From positions 4,544,001 to 4,608,000 of the forward strand of contig CM000152.2 of the NCBI GenBank assembly GCA_000004695.1: a DNA stretch of 64,000 nucleotides, written 5' to 3'. The first letter of the stretch is position 1, and each line of letters begins with the position of its first letter. The notes below the pieces were generated by a model that saw only the letters and a list, made by a program, of their open reading frames with translations, was not told the origin of the DNA and ran no database searches. The stretch is from Dictyostelium discoideum (lineage: Eukaryota). The position numbers and the translations under genes are program-made. Positions 50,598-62,459 of this stretch are shown here, piece after piece.

Positions 50598-53500
50598 TTT
50601 ATTAATAAATTAATTAACAAAAGAGTATTATTAATTTTTAAAAAACATACTTGACCAGGTTTAACATAACCATCAATATCAGTTAATAGTTGTAATCTTT
50701 GACTTTTCTTTTTCTTTGGATTGTCTGGATCATCAACTTTTACATCAACAGCATAACAAAGTTTTTTAAATTGTAAATAACTACCAGTTTCTGAACCAAT
50801 ATCTTTTCCATTTTTAGATTTTTCATTTGAATTATTATTATTATTATTATTGCTTGGAGATGTTGGCATTGGTGAATTTATAGTAATTGGTGAATTAACT
50901 GAAGGTGATAAATTTGAAGGTGTTTTAACTTTTCTTTTCTTTATATTATTACCAGATCCTGATAAATTATTATTATTATTATTAATATTATAATAAGGTG
51001 AACCAGTTGTTAAACTTGATGGTGATTTTACATCGATTACAGTATCTTCTTTTTGTTTCTTATGAGATTTCTTTTTCTTTATTTCAGTTTCATAATCAGC
51101 ATCATCATCATTATCATCATCAATTCTTTCTAATGCTTCAGATGAAATAGCAGCTGATTCTTCATCTTGTTTCGTTGTTTTTACTTTTTTCTTTTTCTTT
51201 AATTTCTTTACTGCTAGTTTTGATTTTTTATCTTCGAAATTAAAGTATTTCAAAGCAAAAAAACAAACCACATAAAAGAATACAATATAAGCACTTAAAA
51301 TTCCAAAAACAACCCATTTGAAATAATTTGGATTAGTAATACCAAATGCATCCATAATTTGTTCACCAGATGTAAATTGACAAACTTGATTACCCCCAAA
51401 ACCTTCTGGATATGGTAATAGATTTTGAGGAGTTCTTGGTGGTATTAATTCAGAAGTTTTGCAACCATACTCTTGATATGTAAATTCATTAATTGATAAA
51501 CCTTGGAAAATCCATGTATAGGGTGATATATAATATAACCAAATCCACCAGCCTCCAATATCATTCTTTGGTGCCGTGAAGCCTGAAAATAATAACCAAA
51601 TTGAAAGTATTACTGATGCAATAACATTAGCAATTTCAATTGTTGGTGAAATTGCTGCACACATTTTTGCGAATGATAATGATAAATTATCAGTCCTAAC
51701 AATGTAGATATATGGCAGGGGTAGTGGACATGGAGGAGGAGACAGAGAGAGACAGGGCGAAATAAGGGAGGGAGACAGAGAGACAGGGCAGAGACACGGG
51801 AGGAGACAGGGAGAGATAAGGGAGGGGAGATAGGAAGAGACAGGGAGAGACAAGGAAGGAGAATAAGGGTGAAGAAAATAAAAAAATAAAATTAGTATAT
51901 ATGAAATTAAATACTTAAATAAATTAATAAATTAAAATAAAAATACATACATAATTAATAAAAGCATAAAATAAACAAACCTAATGAAAACTGGCCTAAG
52001 ATTTGCTAACCAATAAACTATAGGACCAAAGAAAGCAACTTCTAAAATACCAGCAGGAATATCACAAATGATACTTGAAATAAAATATGCACCAGTTTTA
52101 TAATAATATAATGCTTTTTGAGAGTAAAATACTTTTCTTTCACCAAAGAATGAATTAACAGCGGCAAATGAAGAAAAGATAATAGTTACCATAATAAAGA
52201 ATAAAAGACCAAATCTTTCCATACCACCACTTTGATTATGACCAATTCTCCAATAGAGTGTACCTAATAATAATCCAAAGAAAATTCCTTTAGCAACACG
52301 AGTTAAAAAATTATAATAATTTCTTCTAATCATTGTAAAACCTCTTTTCATACATATTTTAGTTTGATAACCAATACCATGTGGATACATTCCTAATTCT
52401 TTAGCTGTACTATCCACTAAGACTTTTGGTTTATTATCATCAACAATACCATCTTTATTTGCATCCATCTTTTCCATTAAATCTTTATAAAATTCTGATT
52501 CTCTATAGGCTCTAACAAAATCTTTACTGGTTTTACATTTTGGTGGATGAATAAATGAATATCTTTCTGGTGCATCTACAACTTCCTCTATTATTTTACA
52601 TTTTAAATAATTAATAAAAATTAATAAATAAAATTTTAAATTTTAAAAATTAAAATTAAATATTTTTTAAAAAAACTTACGAAAGAATTCAGCAGGATTA
52701 TTATGAGATGGACATGCAAAACCTAATTTTTTAAAATAACCTAATGCTTTGTTCATTGGACCAAAATAACAAATTCTACCTTTATTTAAAATCATTAAAT
52801 TATCAAATAATGAAGTTAATTGAACACTTGGTTGTAGTAAAGTGATGAGTGCAGGTGAATAACCATATGTTACAAACTTTTTAACATCACTTAAAATTTC
52901 GAAACTTGTTGAAGAATCTAAACCTGATGTTGGTTCATCCATTAATAATAGATTACTACCTTTAATAACACCAACACCAATTGTAACTCTTTTCTTTTGA
53001 CCACCTGATATACCTCTAACGAAATTATCACCAACTACTGTATTTTCAGATTCTTTTAAACCTAATAAATTCATACAATTATCAACAGTTTCTTTCTTTT
53101 CTTCATTTGTTAATTCTTTTCTACCTAAACAATCTAATGCGAATCTAAATGTTTCTTTTACAGTTAATGTCGGTACATGAATATCATCTTGAGTTACATA
53201 TGAAATATCACGATGGTGATTTTTATGATTGATTGGATGACCATTAAATAATAATTCACCTTTAAAATGTTTATCTTTTAATTGACCTGCTAACATTTGA
53301 AAAATGGTTGATTTACCACAACCAGGAGTACCCAAAATTAATGTCATTTCTTTTGGTTTTAAATAAAATGAAATATCATCAATTAATTTAATTTTAACTT
53401 TTTTATTTTCTCTATGTTTTACTGTATATGTTGCATTTCTACAATAAACATATAAACCTGTTTTATCCTCTGGTCTAGTTTGTTTAATCTTTTTTGTTAA

Positions 53501-53668
53501 TTCATCATTTTCATGATTTGGCATTAATTCATCTAATGGAATTGGGAAATATTCATCATCACCATCATCTTCACCCTCATGCTCTTTTGCAATTTGATAT
53601 ACACTCTTTTCATCATCACTATCATAATTACTTTCTTCATCCTTATGTTTTCTACTACTACTAATTAA

Positions 53669-53755
<87 letters not shown>

Positions 53756-53860
53756 TAATAGTTCTTGATCATTATCTAAATTTTCATTATTATTATTATT
53801 TATAGGTATTGATAAATTGGGAGAATCTGAATTTTTATCTTTTGGATCCTGTTTTGCCAT
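48822..53860 (-). CDS. Full-size ABCG transporter, copy 2, tandem paralogue of copy 1 with the same exon structure
   Basis: - Same motifs as copy 1.
- The 3' exon (48822..50564) is about 97% identical at the protein level to 42992..44734, and even the spurious antisense ORFs are conserved.
- 3' flanks are near-identical.
- The N-terminal and linker low-complexity regions are diverged.
- The first 75 residues of tracked ORF 50558..51853 are intronic repeat translation, not coding. Confidence 0.85.
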
Positions 53861-54296
53861 CTATTGGCAATTAATTTTAAAAATAAAATCTATTTTATTT
53901 TATTTTTAATATTTTTAACCAGAAATTTTTATTTTAATGTATTAGTTTTATTTTGATTTTTTTAAAATAAATAATTTTACTATGCAATGATTAATGAATA
54001 TATAATAAATATTTTTTTGAAATAGATATCTACTTTTTTAAAGATTTAATAATTGTTTTTTTTTTTTATTTTTTTTTTTTTTTTTTTTTTTTTTTATTTT
54101 TGGGGTTAGGGTGTTTTTTTCATACTCAATAAAAATAAACTACATGTGTAAATTATGGACACATTGCATTGATTATTATAAAAATAATTATATAATTTAT
54201 TTTGTATTTACAAATAATATTATTTATTAATTATCCAAATAATTTGTAAATTATCAAAAATTCTTGGAAAGTTCAAATTCCAACACACCCACACAC

Positions 54297-54331
<35 letters not shown>

Positions 54332-55040
54332 TATTGTATATTGTCATACTAATAATATTTTTAGGTGAGGAAACAAAAAAACAAAAAAACAAAAAAAAAA
54401 AATAAAAAAAAAAAATAAAAATAAAAATAAAAATAAAAATGTGTTTGGTAATGTGCTAGATTAGATGATTTATTTTAAATTTATATTTTTTCAACTAAAG
54501 TTGAGAAAAAAAAAAAAAAAAAATTCTTTTCTAAAAATAGAATTTATTACCTAAATTGATCACTAAAAAAAAAAAAGAAAAAATTTTTATGGATACACAC
54601 ACAATTGTTTTTTTATTATTGAATACATGATTTTAAATTATCATCACCAAAAAATAGGTGGTAATTTTTTTTTTTTATTTTATTTTATTTTCATGTATTA
54701 TTTTTTTTTATTTTTTATTTTTTTTTATTTTTGATGATTATAAATAAATACACACTTCATAAACCTTTTCTATATTTTTTATTACATATCAGAAATTAAT
54801 AAATATATATATATGTGTGTGTATCTCTTTTTGTTTGTGTGTGTTTGTGTGTAATTTAAAAATAAAAAATTTTATTTATTTTTTATTTTAAAAATTATTT
54901 ATTATTTTTTTTTTTATTTGTTTAATATATTTTAAAACACAAAGATAAATAAAGATTTATTTTTATTTTTTTTTTCTTTCTTTTTTTAGTGAAAAAATAA
55001 TATTTATGTGTTAATAAAAAAAAATAAAAAAAAAAGGAAA

Positions 55041-55045
55041 ATGGA

Positions 55046-55076
<31 letters not shown>

Positions 55077-55100
55077 AATAGTAATAATAATAATATTGAA

Positions 55101-55181
<81 letters not shown>

Positions 55182-57437
55182 TTTGAAAATAAAAAATCAT
55201 TAAATGATAGTGGTGGAGCACAAAGTAAATCATATCAATTATATTCAAGTTTAGATTCAGCATTAAATTCTGGATCACAAGATGATAGTGAAAATAATGA
55301 AATTGATCAAGATTTATTAGATGGTATTGATGATCTATCATCATTTGATGAGAATGATCCAGCAATTTTAAAAGATATCGGTGACTATGATTTAAAATCT
55401 TTGGAATCCTATGAACTTTCATTGGAACAAAAATTTACATCAGAATTGGATGAATCATTCCGATCAGAATTAGAAGAAGCTGAAAAGAAATATGAACAAT
55501 CATTAAGAAAAACTTTAACATTAAAACAACATCATAATTTTAATAATTATCATAATCTAAAAAATCAATTCCCCTCATCACCACCAGTATCTTCCCCATC
55601 ATCAATCCCAATTGGTACACCATCCTCTTCCTCGTTCTCATCATCACCTCTATCATCATCAACATCATCATTTGTTTCTGATGATGACGATGATGACGAT
55701 GACGATGAGAATGAAGAAGATGAAGAGCATGATCACAGAGAAGGCGATGAAAAAGAAGATGATAAAAGTAATATTATTACAGGTAGTGGAAAAATAATAA
55801 ATAATAAATTTAAAAATAAAATTAAAAATAATCAAGATAATAATGATAATGAAAATGAAAATAGTGATCAAATTAATATTGAAGATGAATTAAAAGAGAA
55901 TAGAGAAACATTAAAGAATGCAAAGAAAACAATTGCATCATTGATTGAACAAATATCAGATTACCAAACATTAATTGAAGAAGAGAAAGAGAGAGAAAAA
56001 GAAGAACTAATTCAACAATTCAATCAAGAGATTCAAGAAATGTCTGAAATTATTGATTATTTAAAATTAGAAAAACAATCAATAACTCAAACCAATATTA
56101 AAAATTTAGAAACTTTAATGAAAGAAATTGAAATCATTGAAGAAACAAATACAAATTTAAAAGAATCTTTAGAAAAAGAAAAACTTGAAAATTTAAGATC
56201 AATGGAAACTATATTCAATTTAAAACAAGAAATTTTAAAAAATCAATTTAATAATGATCAACAACAAATAATATCTGATGGTGCAAATCAAATTAATGCT
56301 AATACCCCACCACCATCATTCCTTTCACAAGCATTATTAGAATTTAAAATTGAAAATGGTACAATTTCAAATATTAAATTAATTCCTAATAATAATAATA
56401 GTAGTATCAGCAACAATACAATTAATAATAATTCATCGTCAATATTTGAAATTGAAAATGAGAATAATCAATTAATGAAGAAATTAATTGAAGAAAAGGA
56501 ATTTAGAAATGGAATTGAAAAGGAATTAAAAGAAGAGAAGCAAAGGAATGAAACTTCAAAGAATAGTATTGAAGAATTGGTTAAAAATATAAAAAGATTA
56601 ATTAAAGATCATACTGGTGTATTAAAGGAATTAGAAGAAGAGAAATCAAAATTACAACAAAAAACTGATGAATTTAATAAATTAAAAATTCAATTATCAA
56701 ATCAATCAAATAGTAATAATAATAGTAATTCAAATTCACCAACAACTCAATCTTCTAGACATAAACTTTTACATAGAACTAGTACATCTTTTGATATTGG
56801 TAGACAAAAACATAATAGATCTGGTACATTTGGTGGTGACCTTATTCAAAAATCAACAATTGTTGATAATGAAAATGATAAAAAATCAACTACAACCACC
56901 ACTACTACTTCTACTACATCGACATCATTTGTTGCATCAAGTAGTCCATCAACAACATCAGTTCAATCACCATTACCATCAAGTCCAAGTTCAAATGGTT
57001 TATTAACATCACCACCAAGAAAAGTATCACTTTCATTACCTCCTAAACCAATTTTAAAAGTGTCAACACCTGTTAAAGATAATAATAATTCAACAACCCC
57101 TACCCCAACAACAAACAAACAAAATAATGTACAAATTAAAACACCACCAGTATCACCAATTCCATCATTATCTTCATCAGCTGAAGATGAAAATTCTAAA
57201 CAAAAAAATGAATCTTCATCACCATTAACATCTCCAACATCATTATCATCTTCATTATCAGTTAGTACTGGTAGTAATAATAATGAAGAAAATAATAAAA
57301 AACCCCAAGGATCATTAAGTTCATCTACAGGTGGTGATGCATGTAGATTATTAAGAAGAGGTTCCGCAATTTTAGATTTAAGAAATGATACAGTTGGTAG
57401 ATCAAGTAGTAATAAAATACCATTATCTGTATCTTCA

Positions 57438-57503
<66 letters not shown>

Positions 57504-59561
57504 TTTAATAATAATAATAATTATAATAATAATAATAATAATAACAATAGTAATAGTAGTAGTAATAATAATAGTAATAATATTATTAATAATAGTAGTA
57601 ATAATAGTAGTGGTAATAATAATAATGGTACACTCTCTTCATTATCTTCAGTATCAACTACATCTTCTTCTTCTTCAATTTCAAAATCAAATTCTATATC
57701 AAATAATAATAAAAATAATAATACTAATAATAATAATAATTATAATAATAATAATATAAATAATAATAGTTGTTATAATACAATGACAATTAATAATATT
57801 AATGATTATATGATTAAATGGTTAAATGAAGATCACATTTCACCATCACCAATTCAATGTATGATTGAAGTTAATAAAAACGTTTGGATTGGTTGTAGTG
57901 ATGGTTCAATTAGAATAATTGATAAAATCACCCATTTACCAGTTTCATGTAAAATGTCTCAAAATCGTCAACATAATGGTGGAATTTATCAAATGATTTT
58001 AGTTGGTAAAACAGTTTGGAGTTGCAGTCGTGATTCAAAAATTAGAGTTTGGTCTTCAAAATCTGGTAAATTATTAAAAGAATTAGATGGTCATTCAAGT
58101 CATGTAACTGCACTATTATTAGTATCAAATAATAATAATAATAATAATAACAATAATAATAACAGTATTAATAATAATGCAACAGTACAAGGTAGTACAA
58201 TAATACAACCAACAGTTTGGAGTGTTTCAGCTGATATGACAATTAGGATTTGGAGTTTATCATCATATAAATGTATTAAGAAAATTGAAACTAAAAATTA
58301 TTTAGTATCAATGGTTTGTTTTGGTAATGAAGTTTGGATTGGTACTGAATCGACTATATTGAGATGGAACTGTTCAACTTTTGAACAAATTGGTATATTA
58401 AGTGGTCATAAGAAAATGATACATTGTTTAATTGTGGTCAAACAATATGTTTGGTCATGTAGTAGTGATAATTTAATTTGTGTTTGGGATCCTGTAAATG
58501 GGAAATGTATAAAACAATTTAAAGATCATTCATCTCGAGTTTTCTATTTATTAAATGTTGGTTCACATGTTTGGTCTTGTGATTGGGGTAAAAATATTAT
58601 AATTCATGATGTAAATGATTTGGAATTGGTTAAAGAAATTGACCCAATTCATAGAGATGCTCTAAGTTGTCTAATCACTATTAAACTACCAGATGGTACT
58701 CGTCAAATTTGGAGTGGTTCTTGGGATAATTCAATCATAATTTGGAAACCATCCTCATTATCAAAACAAGAACAACAACAATTAATTGAAAAACAATATG
58801 CTGAACTTCAAGCACAGCAATTACAACAACAATTACAACAACAATTATTATTAAATCAATCACAAGATAATTATTTAGCATCAGATTATCCATTAATTGA
58901 TGAAATGGAGAATAATAATAATATAAATTCAAATAATAGACATAGAAAATCAAATAGTAGTCATTCATTACAAACCACACCAAAAACATCAACACCTAAT
59001 CTTCATAATACATTAGCAGCAGTTGGTGGTAGTAATAATAATAATAATAACAATGGTGAAAAACAACATAAAAGAAGTACTGTTCGTTTATCATCTCTAT
59101 TTAAAAAAGAATCATCTTCACCAAATGTTATTCATAATTTAGCATCTAGTAGTGGTATGGTTGGTAGTAAAAGTGATCCTGGTATTATAAATATAAATAA
59201 TAATCATAATAATCATAATCATAATAATGAATCTGACGAATATTTAATTTATTTAAATAATCATAAACATCAACTCGAAAAAATTATTTCAAATCAATTA
59301 AATCCAGTTTGTTCAATATGTCAATTGTAAGTTATTTATTTATTATTTATTATTTATTATTATTATTATTATTATTATTTTGTTTTTTTTATAAAATATA
59401 TATATTAATATATTTATGATAATAGAAAAATAAAAGCAAAAAAGACAATATATCAATGTCGTTTATGTGCAAATTGTATTCATTTGGAATGTGGTGATAA
59501 AAGTAGTCAAGAAACTGGTGGTAGGGGTGGTCTTATTTGTTCTGCGACTTTAAACAGATAA
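55041..59561 (+). CDS. Large coiled-coil + WD40-repeat protein with a spliced C-terminal Cys-rich exon. Two exons: 55041..59326 and 59426..59561
   Basis: - The ATG is at 55041 (the tracked ORF start at 55008 is GTG).
- Long coiled-coil region (EELKENRETLKNAKKTIASLIEQ...).
- At least 6 WD40-like blades (VWSCSRDSKIRVWS, VWSVSADMTIRIWS, VWSCSSDNLICVWD, IWSGSWDNSIIIWK).
- The apparent stop TAA is part of a GTAAGT donor (CAATT|GTAAGT).
- The acceptor AATAG restores the frame into KIKAKKTIYQCRLCANCIHLECGDKSS..., completing a CxxC...CxxC..CxHxxC zinc-binding-like motif. Confidence 0.7.
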
Positions 59562-59816
59562 AATATATATATATATAAATAAAATATAAAAAAAAAAAAT
59601 AAAATAAATATTTATTTTTAATCAAAAAGAAAAAAAATGGCTGCACACCCATGAAGATATTTTATTTTTTTTTAATTTAATTTTATTTTATTTATTTTTT
59701 TTTTTTTTTTTTTAAAAAACGATCAAAAAAAAAAAAAAAAAAAAAATGATGATTTCCTGTGATTGGTTTTTTTTTATTTTTTTTTTAATCAACCTTTTTA
59801 ATAAAATTAAAATTAA

Positions 59817-60947
59817 ATGTCAAAAGTAATATAAATTTATTAAAATAAAATTTTTTTTCAAAACAATTTTATTAATATTTTTAATTTTTAAAAAAAAAAA
59901 AAAAAGTCATATTTAGTTGTTGGTGGTTGTGGATTTTTAGGTAGATATATTGTTGAATCATTATTAGCAAGAGGTGAAAAGAATGTTCATGTATTTGATA
60001 TTAGAAAATCATTTGAAGATGATAGAGTAACATTTCATATTGGTGATATTAGAAAAACTGAAGATTTAGAAAGTGCATGTAAAGGAATTACCACAGTTTT
60101 CCATACAGCATCACCAACTCATGGTATGGGATATGATATTTATTATAGTGTAAATGTTATTGGTACAGAGAGATTAATTGAAGCATGTATTAAATGTGGA
60201 GTTAAGCAATTGGTTTATACAAGTAGTTCAAGTGTTGTATTCAATGGTAAAGATATTGTCAATGGTGATGAAACTTTACCATATGTAGACAAACATATAG
60301 ATCCATATAATAAAACCAAAGAATTGGGTGAACGTGCAGTTTTAAAGGCAAAGGGTAGCAATTTATTGGTTTGTGCATTACGTCCAGCTGGTATTTTTGG
60401 TCCAAGAGAGGTCCAAGGTTGGCCACAATTTTTAAAGGCTGCTAAAGAGGGTAAAAATAAATTCATGTTTGGTGATGGTAATAATCTCTGTGATTGGACT
60501 TACATTGATAATGTAGTTCATGCTCATATTCTAGCAGCTGATAATATGACCACAAATAGTCCAATCTCAGGTAGTGTCTATTTCATTACAAATGATGAAC
60601 CAATTCCATTTTGGGATATGCCAATCTTTGCCTACGAGGCATTCGGTTATGAAAGACCAAAAATGAAAATTCCATTCACCATCATGTATTGTATAGCTTG
60701 GATGATCGATCTCATTACACTCTTATTATCACCATTTGTTAAACTTCATCCAACCATCTCTCTCTTCCGTATCATTTATACCAATAGTACTCGTTATTTT
60801 AACATTGAAAAAGCAAAGAAAGAACTTAAATATAAACCAATAGTTTCACTTAGAGATGGTATGGAAAAAACTAAAGAATGGTTCCTTCAACAAAATCCTT
60901 CCTTCATAAACAAATCAAAAGAAACTTCAAAATTATTAAAAAAATAA
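59817..60947 (+). CDS. NAD(P)-dependent 3-beta-hydroxysteroid dehydrogenase/NSDHL (ERG26)-like sterol-4-alpha-carboxylate 3-dehydrogenase. Main exon 59907..60947 plus a putative 9-nt first exon 59817..59825
   Basis: - Rossmann motif VVGGCGFLGRYIV.
- Catalytic YxxxK (PYNKTKELGE).
- TSSSSVVF.
- The open frame extends upstream of the tracked ORF start (60126) to an AAAAG acceptor at 59906.
- The upstream micro-exon ATGTCAAAA|GTAATA is an inference. Confidence 0.7.
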
Positions 60948-60989
60948 TTTAAAATAAATTATTATATAATTTTATTTCTATTATTATTA

Positions 60990-61027
<38 letters not shown>

Positions 61028-61057
61028 TTTATTTAATATATTTTATTTTATTTAATT

Positions 61058-61743
61058 TTATCTTGTTTTCTTTTCTTCTGGTAATGCCCATGGATTAGCT
61101 TGTTTTGTTTTTGGTGGAGCAGTACCAAGAATTAATTGAATATTATTTCTAATAAACATCGAGCAAATTGCATAAATAAAAGTCATTGAACAATCTGTAT
61201 AATCATCACCTGCAATAGTTCTATGTGAAATACCTTGTAAAAATCCAATTGGTACAAATGGTAATTTACAAACAACAACTCCATCAAAACTAAATATATA
61301 TTTAAATATAAAAAAAGGTGTTAACAAATTTGTTAATTTCTTTATTATATATAAAAATTATAAATAAATATATATTTATTTTATTAATTTATAAAAAATA
61401 ATAATAATAATTACATTCTATTTAAATAACTAAATAATGCAATCATTGAAATTGCAACAGCAAACATTGATTTCATTTTTGAGAATGATAATTCTTTATT
61501 TGCAATTTTTAATTGTTCTTCAATTTTTTCAATCTTTTTATCTTTATTTCCTTTTTTTGATAATGAAGAAGTTTCAGATTCTTGATCTACTAATTTATCT
61601 AATTGAATTTGTAATCTATCAATGTTTGCTTTTCCTCTTTTATAGTTTTCTGTTCTATATACAAGTAACCATGATACACCTTCTGATGCTAATGAACTTG
61701 CAATTGAAACAAATAAAATGAATAAAACTTCGAGTGCTGCCAT
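61058..61743 (-). CDS. tmco1: TMCO1 homologue (ER calcium-load-activated Ca2+ channel). Two exons: 61425..61743 and 61058..61299, 187 aa
   Basis: Exon 1 (MAALEVLFILFVSIASSLASEGVSWLLVYRTENYKR...MKSMFAVAISMIALFSYLNR) and exon 2 (IFDGVVVCKLPFVPIGFLQGISHRTIAGDDYTDCSMTFIYAICSMFIRNNIQLILG...) align collinearly with human TMCO1. The GTAATT...ATTTAG intron is phase-consistent. Confidence 0.8.
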
Positions 61744-61823
61744 TTTTTAATTTAATTTAGTTTTATAATTTGATTTGATTCGATAAATATTTCATATGAA
61801 CCGAATAAAAAACTATTTTTGAA

Positions 61824-61878
<55 letters not shown>

Positions 61879-62290
61879 TTTTTAAAAATGATTGACAAAT
61901 TGTTAAATTTTCTAAACAAATGACAAAGCAAACAAACATACTACTCGGAAATATTTAAACTTAAAATTTTAAATTTCTTCATACTTCAGTATACTGACAA
62001 AATATTAATTAGATCATAAAAATTAACTTTTTAACTAAATTTAAATTTTCCCATATATAAAAAATATTTTATATTTTTACTAAAAAGTAGGATCTTACAA
62101 ATTTTTTGGGGATTTTTTTAAAACAATAACGAACATTTGTTGTTGAATTGGATTATTAAAATAATAACGAAGTTTTTTCTTTAGAATCGAAACATTATTA
62201 TAAAAAATGAACTTTTTTTTTTTTTTTTTTTTAGAACGGACACTATAAAAAACGAACGTAATATAGTAAAAAAGAAAAATTCCATCCAAG

Positions 62291-62373
62291 GCAAGGGTAG
62301 GAAAGTCTGGTTAAATCCGTGTGACTTAAGATCTCATCCATTCGGTTCGCGAGTTCGAATCTCGCCTCTTGCA
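62291..62373 (+). tRNA. tRNA-Leu (anticodon UAA), type II with long variable arm, 83 nt
   Basis: Acceptor GCAAGGG/CTCTTGC with discriminator A. Anticodon loop CTTAAGA is identical to eukaryotic Leu-UAA, although the anticodon stem has one T:T mismatch. The 12-nt variable arm and T arm GCGAG-TTCGAAT-CTCGC are present. Ex-B box GTTCGAATC at 62407..62415. Confidence 0.6.
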
Positions 62374-62459
62374 AGCTTTTCCCAATCCTCAAATATGTGT
62401 TCGTATGTTCGAATCTTGTTTTGTCCATTTAACGATTGATCAATATTATATAGATTTTT

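Noticed and set aside
50558-51853. N-terminal 75 residues (MSLPVSSYLPSLISPCLL...) of tracked ORF 50558..51853
   Set aside because: This is a translation of the intronic GA/CT-rich block. The real exon starts at the TTGTTAG acceptor near 51695, as shown by colinearity with ABCG copy 1.
54815-54860. (GT)n-like tract tgtgtgtgtatctctttttgtttgtgtgtgtttgtgtgt upstream of the WD40 gene
   Set aside because: It is a short imperfect microsatellite. It is compositionally unusual for this genome, but there is no further structure to support a functional call.
55008-55040. ORF-track start of the WD40 gene at 55008, and of pol at 28633
   Set aside because: Both are GTG codons called as alternative starts. 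The WD40 gene most plausibly starts at ATG 55041. pol has no start of its own and is read through from gag.
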